NCBI GenBank assembly: GCA_965222605.1
Contig: OZ244960.1
Location: 4,192,001 to 4,256,000, forward strand
Source: Candidatus Latescibacterota bacterium
GTDB taxonomy: Bacteria > Latescibacterota > UBA2968
Direction of reading: 5' to 3'
Length of the DNA: 64,000 bases
How positions within the stretch are numbered: the first letter of the stretch is position 1; every line of letters starts with the position of its first letter. Both the position numbers and the translations under genes were made by a program. Positions 1 to 9,266 of this stretch are shown here, piece by piece. The notes under the pieces are model-generated. The model was given only the letters and a program-made list of their open reading frames with translations, made no database searches and was not told where the DNA came from.

Positions 1-950
1 TGCCGAATCCAGAAGCGGCGCAGAAATGCCTCGCGCTCTATAGCCGATGCGACTCTGGCATAGGATTCCAGTTCGGGTATGGAAGCCAGTAGCGAAATAT
101 CCCGGTAAAGTGCCGCCTCTGTGGCATCGAGAAGTGCGATGTAATTCCGAAAAATGCGTACGGCCCGTTCGCCATCGCCTTCATAGAGAAAGACTTGGGC
201 TATCAGAGGCAAAAAACGACGTGTTTCTGCTGCGTGGCTCAAACGAATCAACAGGTCTCGCAACTCGGCAAAGCGTTCGTTCATGGCATAAATTACCCCC
301 AACTGGTAAGCCGTATTCAAGTCTTCGAGATCCCACTGTACACAGCGTTCGTATAGTTTGATCACCCGGCCCCACTCATCTTTTTTTGCATGGTGTTCCG
401 CCATGATTTTGCAGGCTGTAACATCCGTAGAGTCGCGCTTTAGTACCCGTTCGGCAGCCCGTTTCAAAGACCGGTTCTCTTTCATGAGTCGCACGAGATC
501 GAGATGATAGAGAATTTTTTGCGATGCGGGTGTCAGAGATAGTGCCTTTTCAAAATGCGCCCTGGCTCCGTGGATATCTTTCTTGTCGTAGAGCGCGATC
601 AGCCCCAGCCCGTCGTGCGCTTCTGCCAAATTAGGGTTCAAAGCCAGCGCGCGGTCAAATGCCTGCCTGGCTTTTTTCCATTGCTTTTTTCGCTCGTGGG
701 ATTCCAGATATGCCGTACCCAGACGGGCGTAGCCTTCGGCCAATTCCGGATCCAGGCGTACAGCCTCCTGCAACAGATCTATCGCGTGCCGCGCGTCGTT
801 CATTTCAATCCGCACATCGGCAGCCAGTATCAGAGAATCCGACCGGGTCATCAGGGTTATGAAGGACTGTTCTGCCTTTGCTCCGCATGCAATCAGGACG
901 AAGTATATGGGAATTAGTCGAATCGCAAAAAACTGTACGTGATTTTTCAT
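1..950 (-). CDS. TPR-repeat / GWxTD-family protein, 5' part (runs off the window start)
   Basis: Not in the ORF track because it has no stop in the window. Manual translation from ATG at 950 gives MKNHVQFFAIRLIPIYFVLIACGAKA (signal-like), then TPR helices (AVRLDPELAEGYARLG, ALALNPNLAEAHDGLG), ending YRDISLLASIPELESY...EREAFLRRFWIR. This matches YEDISLFASEGE...RQAFLNRFWKR of the neighbouring GWxTD protein. Confidence 0.8.
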   Translation of the reverse strand, partial: MKNHVQFFAIRLIPIYFVLIACGAKAEQSFITLMTRSDSLILAADVRIEMNDARHAIDLLQEAVRLDPELAEGYARLGTAYLESHERKKQWKKARQAFDRALALNPNLAEAHDGLGLIALYDKKDIHGARAHFEKALSLTPASQKILYHLDLVRLMKENRSLKRAAERVLKRDSTDVTACKIMAEHHAKKDEWGRVIKLYERCVQWDLEDLNTAYQLGVIYAMNERFAELRDLLIRLSHAAETRRFLPLIAQVFLYEGDGERAVRIFRNYIALLDATEAALYRDISLLASIPELESYARVASAIEREAFLRRFWIR

Positions 951-957
951 TGCGCCC

Positions 958-3387
958 TCACTCGATCTCTTTCGGTATTTGCAATTTAAAGCTCGTGGTT
1001 TTGGTCACTTTTTGCCCGTCTCTGTGGTCCATTGCGGCCACTTCGATGATGTATTCCCCCGGTTCGGAACCAGATAGGTCAAGTGCCAGATAGTTGACCA
1101 CGTTGCTGGCATCGCCCGTCTGGTCATAAGAAATCGCAATCTGCTCATCGTTTTGGTCTATACCCACCAGTTTTCCCAGGCCACTGAGTACCTTTGCACC
1201 AAACGACTGTCCAGAACGCGGCTTCAAGCGGTAGGAGATCTGGTAATTTGTCTGTCCGAACGCATCCCGGCTCAAGCCATAAATTTCATAATAAATATAG
1301 ACCAGATGTTGCTGTGTATAAAGCCGCGTAGCCAGCGGAATGACTTCCAAATTTTGTTTGACAAAGAGTCCGTCTTTGGAGGTCTGTTCAATTGACGCCG
1401 CCATCTCGATATCGCTCAGCCTGAGCCTACCCTGCCGATAAGACGGAACCCGCAAGGGCATCCCATAGACTTGCGTGCGTCCAGACCGCTCTTCGATGGC
1501 CTGTACAGCGAGATAGTACGATCCAGGTTTTACATCCAGTGCGATTATATCGGGAATGATCCCGGTTTTTCCATCTACCCGCAGTACTACTCGTTTTGCT
1601 GCTTTGAATACCGGATCGCCCTTTGCATTGTAGAGAACGGCACCCCGGTGCAGCCGAATTTCCCCTGCTTCCCGCGTCAATGCGGAGGCGGGAAACCCGT
1701 AGTAGATCTCTACGCGCGTGCTGTCGCCCAGTCCTCGAAATGTGGCGGGATAGGCCGCATAATACAGCGGTTCGGCGAGAAATGCCGGTACATAGATCTC
1801 TCTGGGAGCCTGGCTTATAATTTGTTCGGGAATGAGAGGCCCCCACAGGTGGCGCATTTTGGTCGCCATTTCCGCGGGCAATACGGCGTAATCGAAAACG
1901 CCATCGGGCGCGCCGGGCATCTGGCGAAATACGATTTCGACGCCTTCTCCCAACCCCGGATAGATCCAGTATTCCCACGCCCGGCGATCCTGGATCGGAA
2001 AGATGGGACGTCCCAGAAAAATACCCAGTCCCCCTATGGCCATTGCCGATTCGGCTCGTTTTCGGATCTGTTCGCTTTTTTGATTACGCTCAGATGATCG
2101 GCTGTACAACCGCTGGAATTGCCTGTCCAGTTGACGTTGTGCTCGTTCTGCTCCGGCTCCGCGATGGGTCAGGCTGTCGCCATCAGAGGCGGCGTAATCC
2201 GATAGCAGTATTTCGGCGGCCCAATCTACGCGGTCTAATAACCGTTGCTTGATGGCCCAGTCTTTGGGATGGGATTCGCGCCGCCGATCCCTGGACGCGC
2301 TTTTGTGGGATGGCGTGCCGTAGCGCACGTAGATTTCGCCCCGTCGATCCCAGGGAAAAACCGTCGATCCGAAATGTTCCCGCGCATAAGCCACCCGTCG
2401 AAAGTGTTCGACCCGTCGTTCGTTGACTTCTGTAATCGGCGTGGGGTCTCGCCTTTTCCAGAAACGGTTCAGAAATGCCTGCCGATCTCTGCCCGTTGCC
2501 TGTCTAAAAGCCTCTGTTTCCCCTTCTGAGGCAAACAGAGAAATATCTTCATAAGGCATCCGCTCCCTGGTGCTCAGGCCGCTTAGATAGGTTTCGAAAA
2601 GGGTCTCGGCTTTTTCGTAATTTTTTCGTTCCAGATAGACTTCGGCGAGTTCCAACATGTATTGCCGCTGGTTTGTGCCCTGAGTCTGCATGAGCCGCGA
2701 CAAGGTGCGCGCGGCTTGATCTGTGCGGGATAGGGTTCGATAGAGTTGTCCCAGCCGCCACATGGCGTCCTTATGTGCGGGATTGATCGCCAGTTGTTTT
2801 TCGTAAAATTCAATTGCGTCTTCTTTTTTTAGTAGATCATTTTCATGCATAAATCCCAGGCGGTAATACGCATCTGGGTGGTTTGGGGCCATTTCGACCA
2901 CTCGTTCAAAAGCCCTGATGGCGTCGCGATTCATCAAATTCAGATGCGTCAGGCCAATATGGTACTGGGCTTCTACATAATCGGGCTTTTCAGCCAGGGC
3001 ACGGCAAAAATAATCAATTGCACGCACCCATTGACCTTTCTCACGGGCATAGGCCAGTCCCATGCCGAAGTAGGCTTCGGGCATTTTTCGCTGGTATTTT
3101 TCCGCATTTCGAAAGGCTTTCCTGGCTCTGTTAGGCTGATCCTGAGTCAGATACACATGCCCCAATCCACAGTGGGTTGGGGCATGTTTTTTATTTGCTT
3201 TTAGAGACTGCTCAAACAAAATTTTTGCGCGGTCTATTTCCCCTGCTTTGAGTGCCTGATCACCCAGTAGATAGAGAGAGTCCGCAGCAGAAGGATCCGC
3301 CAAAATTGGTACAGCCGTCCAGAATATCCCAAAATTCAGGGCGAGTGCAATGCGCCCAATATGCCAGCCTAATTTCGACATATTCAT
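958..3387 (-). CDS. secreted TPR-repeat GWxTD-domain protein
   Basis: 809 aa. Signal peptide, many TPRs, FWKRRDPTP..NER..EHFRRVAYA..F..PWDRRGEIYVRYG (variant of the GWxTDRG motif), beta-rich C-terminal domain (LSDIEMA, VYIYYEIY). Confidence 0.8.
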   Translation of the reverse strand: MNMSKLGWHIGRIALALNFGIFWTAVPILADPSAADSLYLLGDQALKAGEIDRAKILFEQSLKANKKHAPTHCGLGHVYLTQDQPNRARKAFRNAEKYQRKMPEAYFGMGLAYAREKGQWVRAIDYFCRALAEKPDYVEAQYHIGLTHLNLMNRDAIRAFERVVEMAPNHPDAYYRLGFMHENDLLKKEDAIEFYEKQLAINPAHKDAMWRLGQLYRTLSRTDQAARTLSRLMQTQGTNQRQYMLELAEVYLERKNYEKAETLFETYLSGLSTRERMPYEDISLFASEGETEAFRQATGRDRQAFLNRFWKRRDPTPITEVNERRVEHFRRVAYAREHFGSTVFPWDRRGEIYVRYGTPSHKSASRDRRRESHPKDWAIKQRLLDRVDWAAEILLSDYAASDGDSLTHRGAGAERAQRQLDRQFQRLYSRSSERNQKSEQIRKRAESAMAIGGLGIFLGRPIFPIQDRRAWEYWIYPGLGEGVEIVFRQMPGAPDGVFDYAVLPAEMATKMRHLWGPLIPEQIISQAPREIYVPAFLAEPLYYAAYPATFRGLGDSTRVEIYYGFPASALTREAGEIRLHRGAVLYNAKGDPVFKAAKRVVLRVDGKTGIIPDIIALDVKPGSYYLAVQAIEERSGRTQVYGMPLRVPSYRQGRLRLSDIEMAASIEQTSKDGLFVKQNLEVIPLATRLYTQQHLVYIYYEIYGLSRDAFGQTNYQISYRLKPRSGQSFGAKVLSGLGKLVGIDQNDEQIAISYDQTGDASNVVNYLALDLSGSEPGEYIIEVAAMDHRDGQKVTKTTSFKLQIPKEIE

Positions 3388-3405
3388 GACAAATCGCCTG
3401 TGTAT

Positions 3406-5148
3406 TTACTTCGCCAATGGGCCCGTGGGTGCCTCTTTGCTGTAAAGCGCGCTTCCCCGTTCATAGGATACTGCCACCTGTCCGTTTTCCACCTGTAAGC
3501 GGGGTACATTACTTGTGCCCACATCGCGGTCCGGTCCTCTCATTACAGCGAGTTGTGCATCGCTCATGCCCGCTGCCAGATCGCCCCATCGGCTTTCTGG
3601 ATGTACCATTTCGCCTCCGCTCCGATGGTAGTTCCGGGACGTGTATTTGATCAGAATCCCCCGTCTCGGGATCGGGTTTTTCCAGGCCAGAGCACCGTGG
3701 GTCGTCGCCCCATCCCCAAAAAAGAGCACGTCGCCCGCCTTCATCGCCGGCTGCGCCACAAGCCCCATATCGTCGTCGCAGGTGCGGATGCCCGGCGGCA
3801 TGGGATAAAACGCTTTGTGGGAGCCCGGTACACAGGCGAACCCTCCCAGCCCGGGTTCCACGTCTCGAAGTTGCCAGGCCACTGTCACTGCCTGATCGTA
3901 ACTGCGCCCGTTTTGGAAAACATAACCCATCGGCGGATAGAGCGGTTCGTTGTTGCTGTGCAGCGAGTGTCCGCTGCCGCCCAGAACCGAGCAAAATGCC
4001 GTGGCGCCTCCGCACCGCCCTCCACTGGTGCCCATCCAGTTCAAGCGATGCTCGACAACCGGATGCGCAATCATCCGCCGGAATAGCTCGCAATATGGAT
4101 CTGGCAATTCGAGCAATCCCGACAAGAGGGGTCTCCCCGTGCCAGCCAGACTCTTTGACCCCCGCGCCAGTTCCTCACCCACCACAATCCGCTCTTCAAA
4201 TTTATCGATGGCCTCGTTGGCCTTCGCCAGCCATTCTTCGTCCATTACGCCGCGCAGTACCAGATATCCGTTCAAATCCCAGAAATAGAATTCCTTGTAA
4301 TCAATTCCCGAATCCGGGTCCAGTTTGTAAATTGAGGGATGAAATATCTTGCGCGACTCGTCCATATTTACCGTTTTTCCATCTGTCACAATGGTCGGTG
4401 CAGGTGTCGTTGATTTGTAACCCGGCTTGTAAAGCGATGCGCGCTGCTCCGCGCTTAACTGATCGTGCCATTCTGGATGTGGCTCTTCCTTAGTTTTTGG
4501 ACCTGTTCCGGCAGACCGGATCACCCCTCTGCCCACGTATTCATAAGATAGCAATCGTTGCTGACCCGCTCCCTGCCACGGGCGCATTCCCTGCAATGCC
4601 GATAGTGCCACAATCAGCAAATCCCCCGCCTTCAGAACGGGCTGGAATGTCAATCCCATATCGTCTTCGCCCGTGGTCACATCTTCCGGCGATACCACAT
4701 TGCTCTTGTGCGAGCACGGTAGCAGCACGAAGCCCCCATCCCCTTCATTCACATCTTCCAGTGCCCAGATCACGCGCACGCCTTCGCTATAACGCCGACC
4801 GTTCTGGTGGTAATACGCAATGCCCGGCATTCTCGGTTCATTGCCGCCTACCAGTGGTGCTCTGGTGTCGCAGGTCGCATCGCAAAAAATTTTAGGCTCC
4901 CGATCCAGGCGGAAGCCGTGTCCTACAATTTGATTCAGATACCATACCAAGTGCGGATGGACGAGTAGATCCCTAAACGGTTCTTTCAACTCGCCTTCCC
5001 ATCCCAGCATTCCCGATAGTTGGTCGGCTTTGTCAATGGCCTGGTTTAGCTGTTCGACTTCGCCGCGGTTCAACACGCCCGGCACATGGAGATAGCCGGC
5101 AATATCAAAACAGTAATTCTCTTCGTTGCTCATGAGTTCCTGATCCAT
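3406..5148 (-). CDS. tandem two-domain phytanoyl-CoA dioxygenase (PhyH)-family protein
   Basis: 580 aa with two PhyH-like repeats: FDIAGYL..GGFVLLPCSHKS..LKAGDLL and WDLNGYL..GGFACVPGSHKA..MKAGDVLFF..THGALAW. Confidence 0.8.
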   Translation of the reverse strand: MDQELMSNEENYCFDIAGYLHVPGVLNRGEVEQLNQAIDKADQLSGMLGWEGELKEPFRDLLVHPHLVWYLNQIVGHGFRLDREPKIFCDATCDTRAPLVGGNEPRMPGIAYYHQNGRRYSEGVRVIWALEDVNEGDGGFVLLPCSHKSNVVSPEDVTTGEDDMGLTFQPVLKAGDLLIVALSALQGMRPWQGAGQQRLLSYEYVGRGVIRSAGTGPKTKEEPHPEWHDQLSAEQRASLYKPGYKSTTPAPTIVTDGKTVNMDESRKIFHPSIYKLDPDSGIDYKEFYFWDLNGYLVLRGVMDEEWLAKANEAIDKFEERIVVGEELARGSKSLAGTGRPLLSGLLELPDPYCELFRRMIAHPVVEHRLNWMGTSGGRCGGATAFCSVLGGSGHSLHSNNEPLYPPMGYVFQNGRSYDQAVTVAWQLRDVEPGLGGFACVPGSHKAFYPMPPGIRTCDDDMGLVAQPAMKAGDVLFFGDGATTHGALAWKNPIPRRGILIKYTSRNYHRSGGEMVHPESRWGDLAAGMSDAQLAVMRGPDRDVGTSNVPRLQVENGQVAVSYERGSALYSKEAPTGPLAK

Positions 5149-5270
5149 TTCGAACCCCCTCAGGTTGGAAATCGCGGTTGGCTGCGTCTATTGGCAAAAT
5201 CGAGAAAGCCAATTATTAATCAGTCTAAAACATGAGTTAAATTATATTAAAAAACAAGAAAAATCCCACT

Positions 5271-6332
5271 CTAATCGGGTACTTCCACGATATAAATCTG
5301 GCTGCTACCGGTTTGATCCGACGTATAGATGACCCGTTTTCCATCGGGGCTGAACGACGGGTGCGGGTGAGACCACTGGGGTCCATAGGTATCGGCCTGG
5401 ACTTTGTCATCGTCCGCGGGCACTGTTTCGGCCCACTGCGTTCCCCCATTGGAACTGCGCGGATAGCACAGGGTTTCGTGTTCACCCGTTTCTGGATTGA
5501 TCAGTTGCAGCCCGATGTCTGGACATGTGGTATCGCACACAATGCGCGATCCATCTGGACTGGGCGATGGATGCCAGGTATTGAAATCAGCGATTTTTCG
5601 ATCTTTGTCTTCGCCCACCCGAATGCCACGCAACGCATAAGGCCAGTGTACGAAGATGACTTCGTCGGTGTGCCCCAGGAATGTCTCGTGGGTAATCCAC
5701 ACCGATTTGTCGTGTTCGAACAGCGGGCGCTCGCCGCTCCCATCAATTCGCACTTCCCACATCCGCTGATTGACATCGCTGGAATACAGAATGAGGTCCG
5801 GATCAGTCGGGCAGACCTGCACATGGCCCACAGCGCGCGGGGGTTTGTGCACGACCCGGTGTCCCGATCCGTCTGTGTTCACCGCCACCACCGCCGAATG
5901 TCCGTTGTGCTGCAACGAGGTTACCAGCCGTTCTCCGTCTGCCGAGAGGCTGCATCCACCCACGCGGCCTTCGCCAAAATCGGCCAGGATGGATTCCTCC
6001 AGTGTTTCGATATCTACGGCTCGAACTTGTCCACCTGTGTTGTAAAACACCTGGTTTCCATCTTTGGCCGGGCAAGCGGAAAACCCACCGAATCCCTCCG
6101 CGTCGGTCAATTGCGTCATTTCTCCGCTGTTCTCATCCATTTTGAAGAGGTTGGGGTGTCCAGAGCGATACGAGGTGAATACAGTGGTTTTTCCATCCGG
6201 CATCCAGGATGGATTTGAAAAGTACAGGTTGTGGCTGATCGCGGGGTGATCCGTCATTTGTCGGATTAATGCACCCGTTTTTTCGTCTGTTAGAGCTTTT
6301 GCTTCGGAAGAATACGTCTGTCCTTTTGCCAT
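5271..6332 (-). CDS. oligogalacturonate-lyase / TolB-like beta-propeller protein
   Basis: HNLYFSNPSW..DG, HETF, HPHPSFSPDGKRVIYTSD motifs. Start placed at MAKGQTY, after a GGAGG RBS. Confidence 0.7.
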   Translation of the reverse strand: MAKGQTYSSEAKALTDEKTGALIRQMTDHPAISHNLYFSNPSWMPDGKTTVFTSYRSGHPNLFKMDENSGEMTQLTDAEGFGGFSACPAKDGNQVFYNTGGQVRAVDIETLEESILADFGEGRVGGCSLSADGERLVTSLQHNGHSAVVAVNTDGSGHRVVHKPPRAVGHVQVCPTDPDLILYSSDVNQRMWEVRIDGSGERPLFEHDKSVWITHETFLGHTDEVIFVHWPYALRGIRVGEDKDRKIADFNTWHPSPSPDGSRIVCDTTCPDIGLQLINPETGEHETLCYPRSSNGGTQWAETVPADDDKVQADTYGPQWSHPHPSFSPDGKRVIYTSDQTGSSQIYIVEVPD

Positions 6333-6350
6333 GTCTGATGCCTCCATTGA

Positions 6351-7550
6351 TCATCGCTTTGGAAAGAACACATCCACACACGCTTCCACATCAAATGGGT
6401 CGCATCCGTAATCCCGTTCAAATTTCTCGAGGTGTTCTATTTCATGTATCGTCGGTTCTTTCAAAGGTAGATCCACCGGTTTTCGTCCAATGCGTCCGGA
6501 TTCTTCTACTGCGACCTGGACCTCGATATCTCGTCGCGCCCTTTGCGCGTCGTAACGCGTGGGCAGATTTTCCCGAACTGCCCGTGCAATGCTGTCCATT
6601 TCTTCTACAATCGCCAACCGTCCCGGCGATGTTTTGTATTGGGGCCATGGATTTTCCCATACCAGCGCGGGATCGGTTTCGATTATCATTCGCTCCAGCA
6701 CATGCACCCCGTCCATTTCGCGCGTTTCCGTGCGGATGGGGTAAGCGGTGGCTCGTCCTCCGCTCAACCGCTGTGCTTGCGTGGTTATATGTACTTCATT
6801 TTCCACAATGGTTCCGGTTGTGCCATCCACCTGGAATAATGTCTGGCTTTTCCGCCCGAGTGCTCGACCGTGATAAATCGAGGAATAGGACATTATCGCC
6901 AGAGCGCCATTCTCAAACTCGACGAGGTCCATTGTCCAGTGTTCGGTGGTAAATTGCCGAATTTCGCTCACATTCACACGCGGGATTGGCGAATTCATCA
7001 CCAATCCCGTTACCCGAATGGGCACTGCATCGCCCACCATCATCCGCACGCTGCTTACGATGTGATAGCCGCCGGTCTGAAATAGGGCAAAAACTCGCAG
7101 TACGTCTCCTATAGCCCCGGCGTCGATGGCTTGCCGCTTGATCAAATGAAGCGGGTCTCGGCAATATTGTTCTGCTACTTCGAGTTTTACGCCACTGCGG
7201 GCTACCGCGTCGATCAACACATCTGTGGTTTGCAGGGTTGGTGAAATGGGGGTTTCTACGATCAGATTTACACCCTGCTGGGCCAGATATGCACCGATGA
7301 CGTGGTGAGAGTCGGCCGGTGTGCTTACCGCCGCAATGTCCAGTTCTTCCTGTGCGACCAGGTCCTGTACCCGCGAATAAGCGGGCACGCCGTGTTCGGT
7401 GCCTATTTTTCGCGCTTTTTCTCCATCTACATCGCATACCGCCGCCAGTTCGAATACATCTGACATCAACAAGATTGCCGGGAGTCGCACCCCCAGCCCG
7501 CGGCCACCGCATCCCACGAGGGCGATTCTCAATTTTTCTTTTTCGGTCAT
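6351..7550 (-). CDS. Gfo/Idh/MocA family oxidoreductase
   Basis: IALVGCGGRG Rossmann motif, AVCD, TPADSHH, and VETP in place of EKP. Confidence 0.8.
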   Translation of the reverse strand: MTEKEKLRIALVGCGGRGLGVRLPAILLMSDVFELAAVCDVDGEKARKIGTEHGVPAYSRVQDLVAQEELDIAAVSTPADSHHVIGAYLAQQGVNLIVETPISPTLQTTDVLIDAVARSGVKLEVAEQYCRDPLHLIKRQAIDAGAIGDVLRVFALFQTGGYHIVSSVRMMVGDAVPIRVTGLVMNSPIPRVNVSEIRQFTTEHWTMDLVEFENGALAIMSYSSIYHGRALGRKSQTLFQVDGTTGTIVENEVHITTQAQRLSGGRATAYPIRTETREMDGVHVLERMIIETDPALVWENPWPQYKTSPGRLAIVEEMDSIARAVRENLPTRYDAQRARRDIEVQVAVEESGRIGRKPVDLPLKEPTIHEIEHLEKFERDYGCDPFDVEACVDVFFPKR

Positions 7551-7596
7551 GGCGGTCCTTCCTGGGTTGATAGGTATGCGCCTGTGTGTAATTGAC

Positions 7597-8445
7597 CTAT
7601 GGCGGTTGCCGCGGCGGTATTGGCTGAATAATTTTTCTCTGTTCGGAGGTCAATCGCTCCAATAGTTCTTCCGACGGGACGTAGTGAAACCGCGTGCGGA
7701 TGAATCGCGGGGAATACCGATAGACCACGGTGCGGCGGTACCCTTTTTTTGTGCGCTCGGCTGATCCATGTGAGATTGCGTCTGTGAAAAATAGCGCGTC
7801 GCCCGCTTTCATGTACATTTCTTTCATTCCTACGGCAGTTCCAGCGGGTTCTTTCCCATAACTCACTTTTCCCTCGCCATCTACCAGTAACCTGGGGTGT
7901 ACTTCTGTGCTTTTATGGCTACCGGGTATCAGGACTGTTGGTCCGTCTCCCGGTTCTATATCCGTCAATGCTACCAGCACGTTGATCTGGCCCACCATCC
8001 ACGCGCCTGTGTTGTGTTGCCGAAAGGTGAGATAACACAAGGGCGCGTGACCGCCACAGTGGATATTGATGAATCCGCCGGATCCGCGTACGGTTAAAAA
8101 GTTTTCGTGGATCGATATGCCGTTTACTTCGGCGTTGATATAACGCCTGGCCAGATCAATCCAGGATGGGTGATCAATTAATCGTTCGAATACGGCTCCG
8201 GCTTCGATGATGTTCTGAAAATTCAATCCGTCTTTTTCGCCGTAGGTATGCGTTTCTACATGGCCGATCCACGCGCCCGAATCGTCACTCGCACCCCGAC
8301 GCCTTTTGCCATCCACATATTCCCAATGAGCATCTACCCATTGGTTCATTTCCCGCACATCCTTCTCGGATACCGCGTTTTCCAGGTGCAAATAACCCTG
8401 CAAGTCGAACAGATAATCCTGTAATCTCTGGTCTGAATTAGCCAT
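7597..8445 (-). CDS. PhyH-family Fe/2OG dioxygenase (HxG variant)
   Basis: Start re-placed to MANSDQRLQDYLFDLQGYL, overlapping the upstream stop. Motifs IHCGG, GPTVLIPGSHKS, KAGDALFFTDAISHGS. Confidence 0.8.
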   Translation of the reverse strand: MANSDQRLQDYLFDLQGYLHLENAVSEKDVREMNQWVDAHWEYVDGKRRRGASDDSGAWIGHVETHTYGEKDGLNFQNIIEAGAVFERLIDHPSWIDLARRYINAEVNGISIHENFLTVRGSGGFINIHCGGHAPLCYLTFRQHNTGAWMVGQINVLVALTDIEPGDGPTVLIPGSHKSTEVHPRLLVDGEGKVSYGKEPAGTAVGMKEMYMKAGDALFFTDAISHGSAERTKKGYRRTVVYRYSPRFIRTRFHYVPSEELLERLTSEQRKIIQPIPPRQPP

Positions 8446-9256
8446 AGGCACCTTTCTCGTGCCGTCCCAATAACCGCTGCATTCGCGCGTTGGCTCCTGT
8501 CCAGACGTACTCTGGCATTCGGTAGTCGATAAATGGATATAACCGCTGCGCGATAATCCGCTGGCTGTACACGACAGACCCCACATAGCGCACTTGATCG
8601 GACTTGTTTTGCGATCCCCGATGCCACACTTGATTGTGGAACAGGCACAGATCACCCGGGTCGGCAATCATGGATACTGGACCCTGTCCATCAAACTCGG
8701 GCGTTTCCGATTTGTCCGGTCGCCTGCCCGCATAATGGCTGCCGGGCACCACTTCTGTGACGCCGTATTCGATGGCATCGGCTCGGCTTAGCGGGAATAA
8801 TACGTTCAATACAAAACACGGCAAGGAGATTTTTTTATTGTGCCGGGGCACATTGTCTGGCAATGGAAAAATCACGCGGTCATCCAGATGCCATCCACCG
8901 CCCTGACCGGGTTCATAACGAATGGCATTTTGCGACATCATGTGGCAATCATCACCCAGGATCGCCTCTGATAGGCTCACAAATGGCTCCCGCGCGATCA
9001 GGTCCCGGAAATTGATGTCATACTCAAACATCCGCATCATACTGATGCCCCGAATATGGTCTCCTTCGGCTTCGTGCATTTTGGGGTCCTGATATTTCCG
9101 CTCCATTGTCTCCCGCAATACCAGTACTTCTTTCTCGGTTAATACGCCTTTTAAAAACAAATACCCATCACGCTGAAATTGCGCTACCAGATCCCGGGTT
9201 TTGTCTGCGCCATAAGGTTTGGCGTTTTTGTCGATTACGCTATTTGTGGTGTACAT
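8438..9256 (-). CDS. PhyH-family Fe/2OG dioxygenase (canonical HxD)
   Basis: FQRDGYL, WHLDD, TEVVPGSH, GDLCLFHNQVWHRG, distal Arg. Confidence 0.85.
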   Translation of the reverse strand: MYTTNSVIDKNAKPYGADKTRDLVAQFQRDGYLFLKGVLTEKEVLVLRETMERKYQDPKMHEAEGDHIRGISMMRMFEYDINFRDLIAREPFVSLSEAILGDDCHMMSQNAIRYEPGQGGGWHLDDRVIFPLPDNVPRHNKKISLPCFVLNVLFPLSRADAIEYGVTEVVPGSHYAGRRPDKSETPEFDGQGPVSMIADPGDLCLFHNQVWHRGSQNKSDQVRYVGSVVYSQRIIAQRLYPFIDYRMPEYVWTGANARMQRLLGRHEKGAYG

Positions 9257-9266
9257 CGTTACCTCA

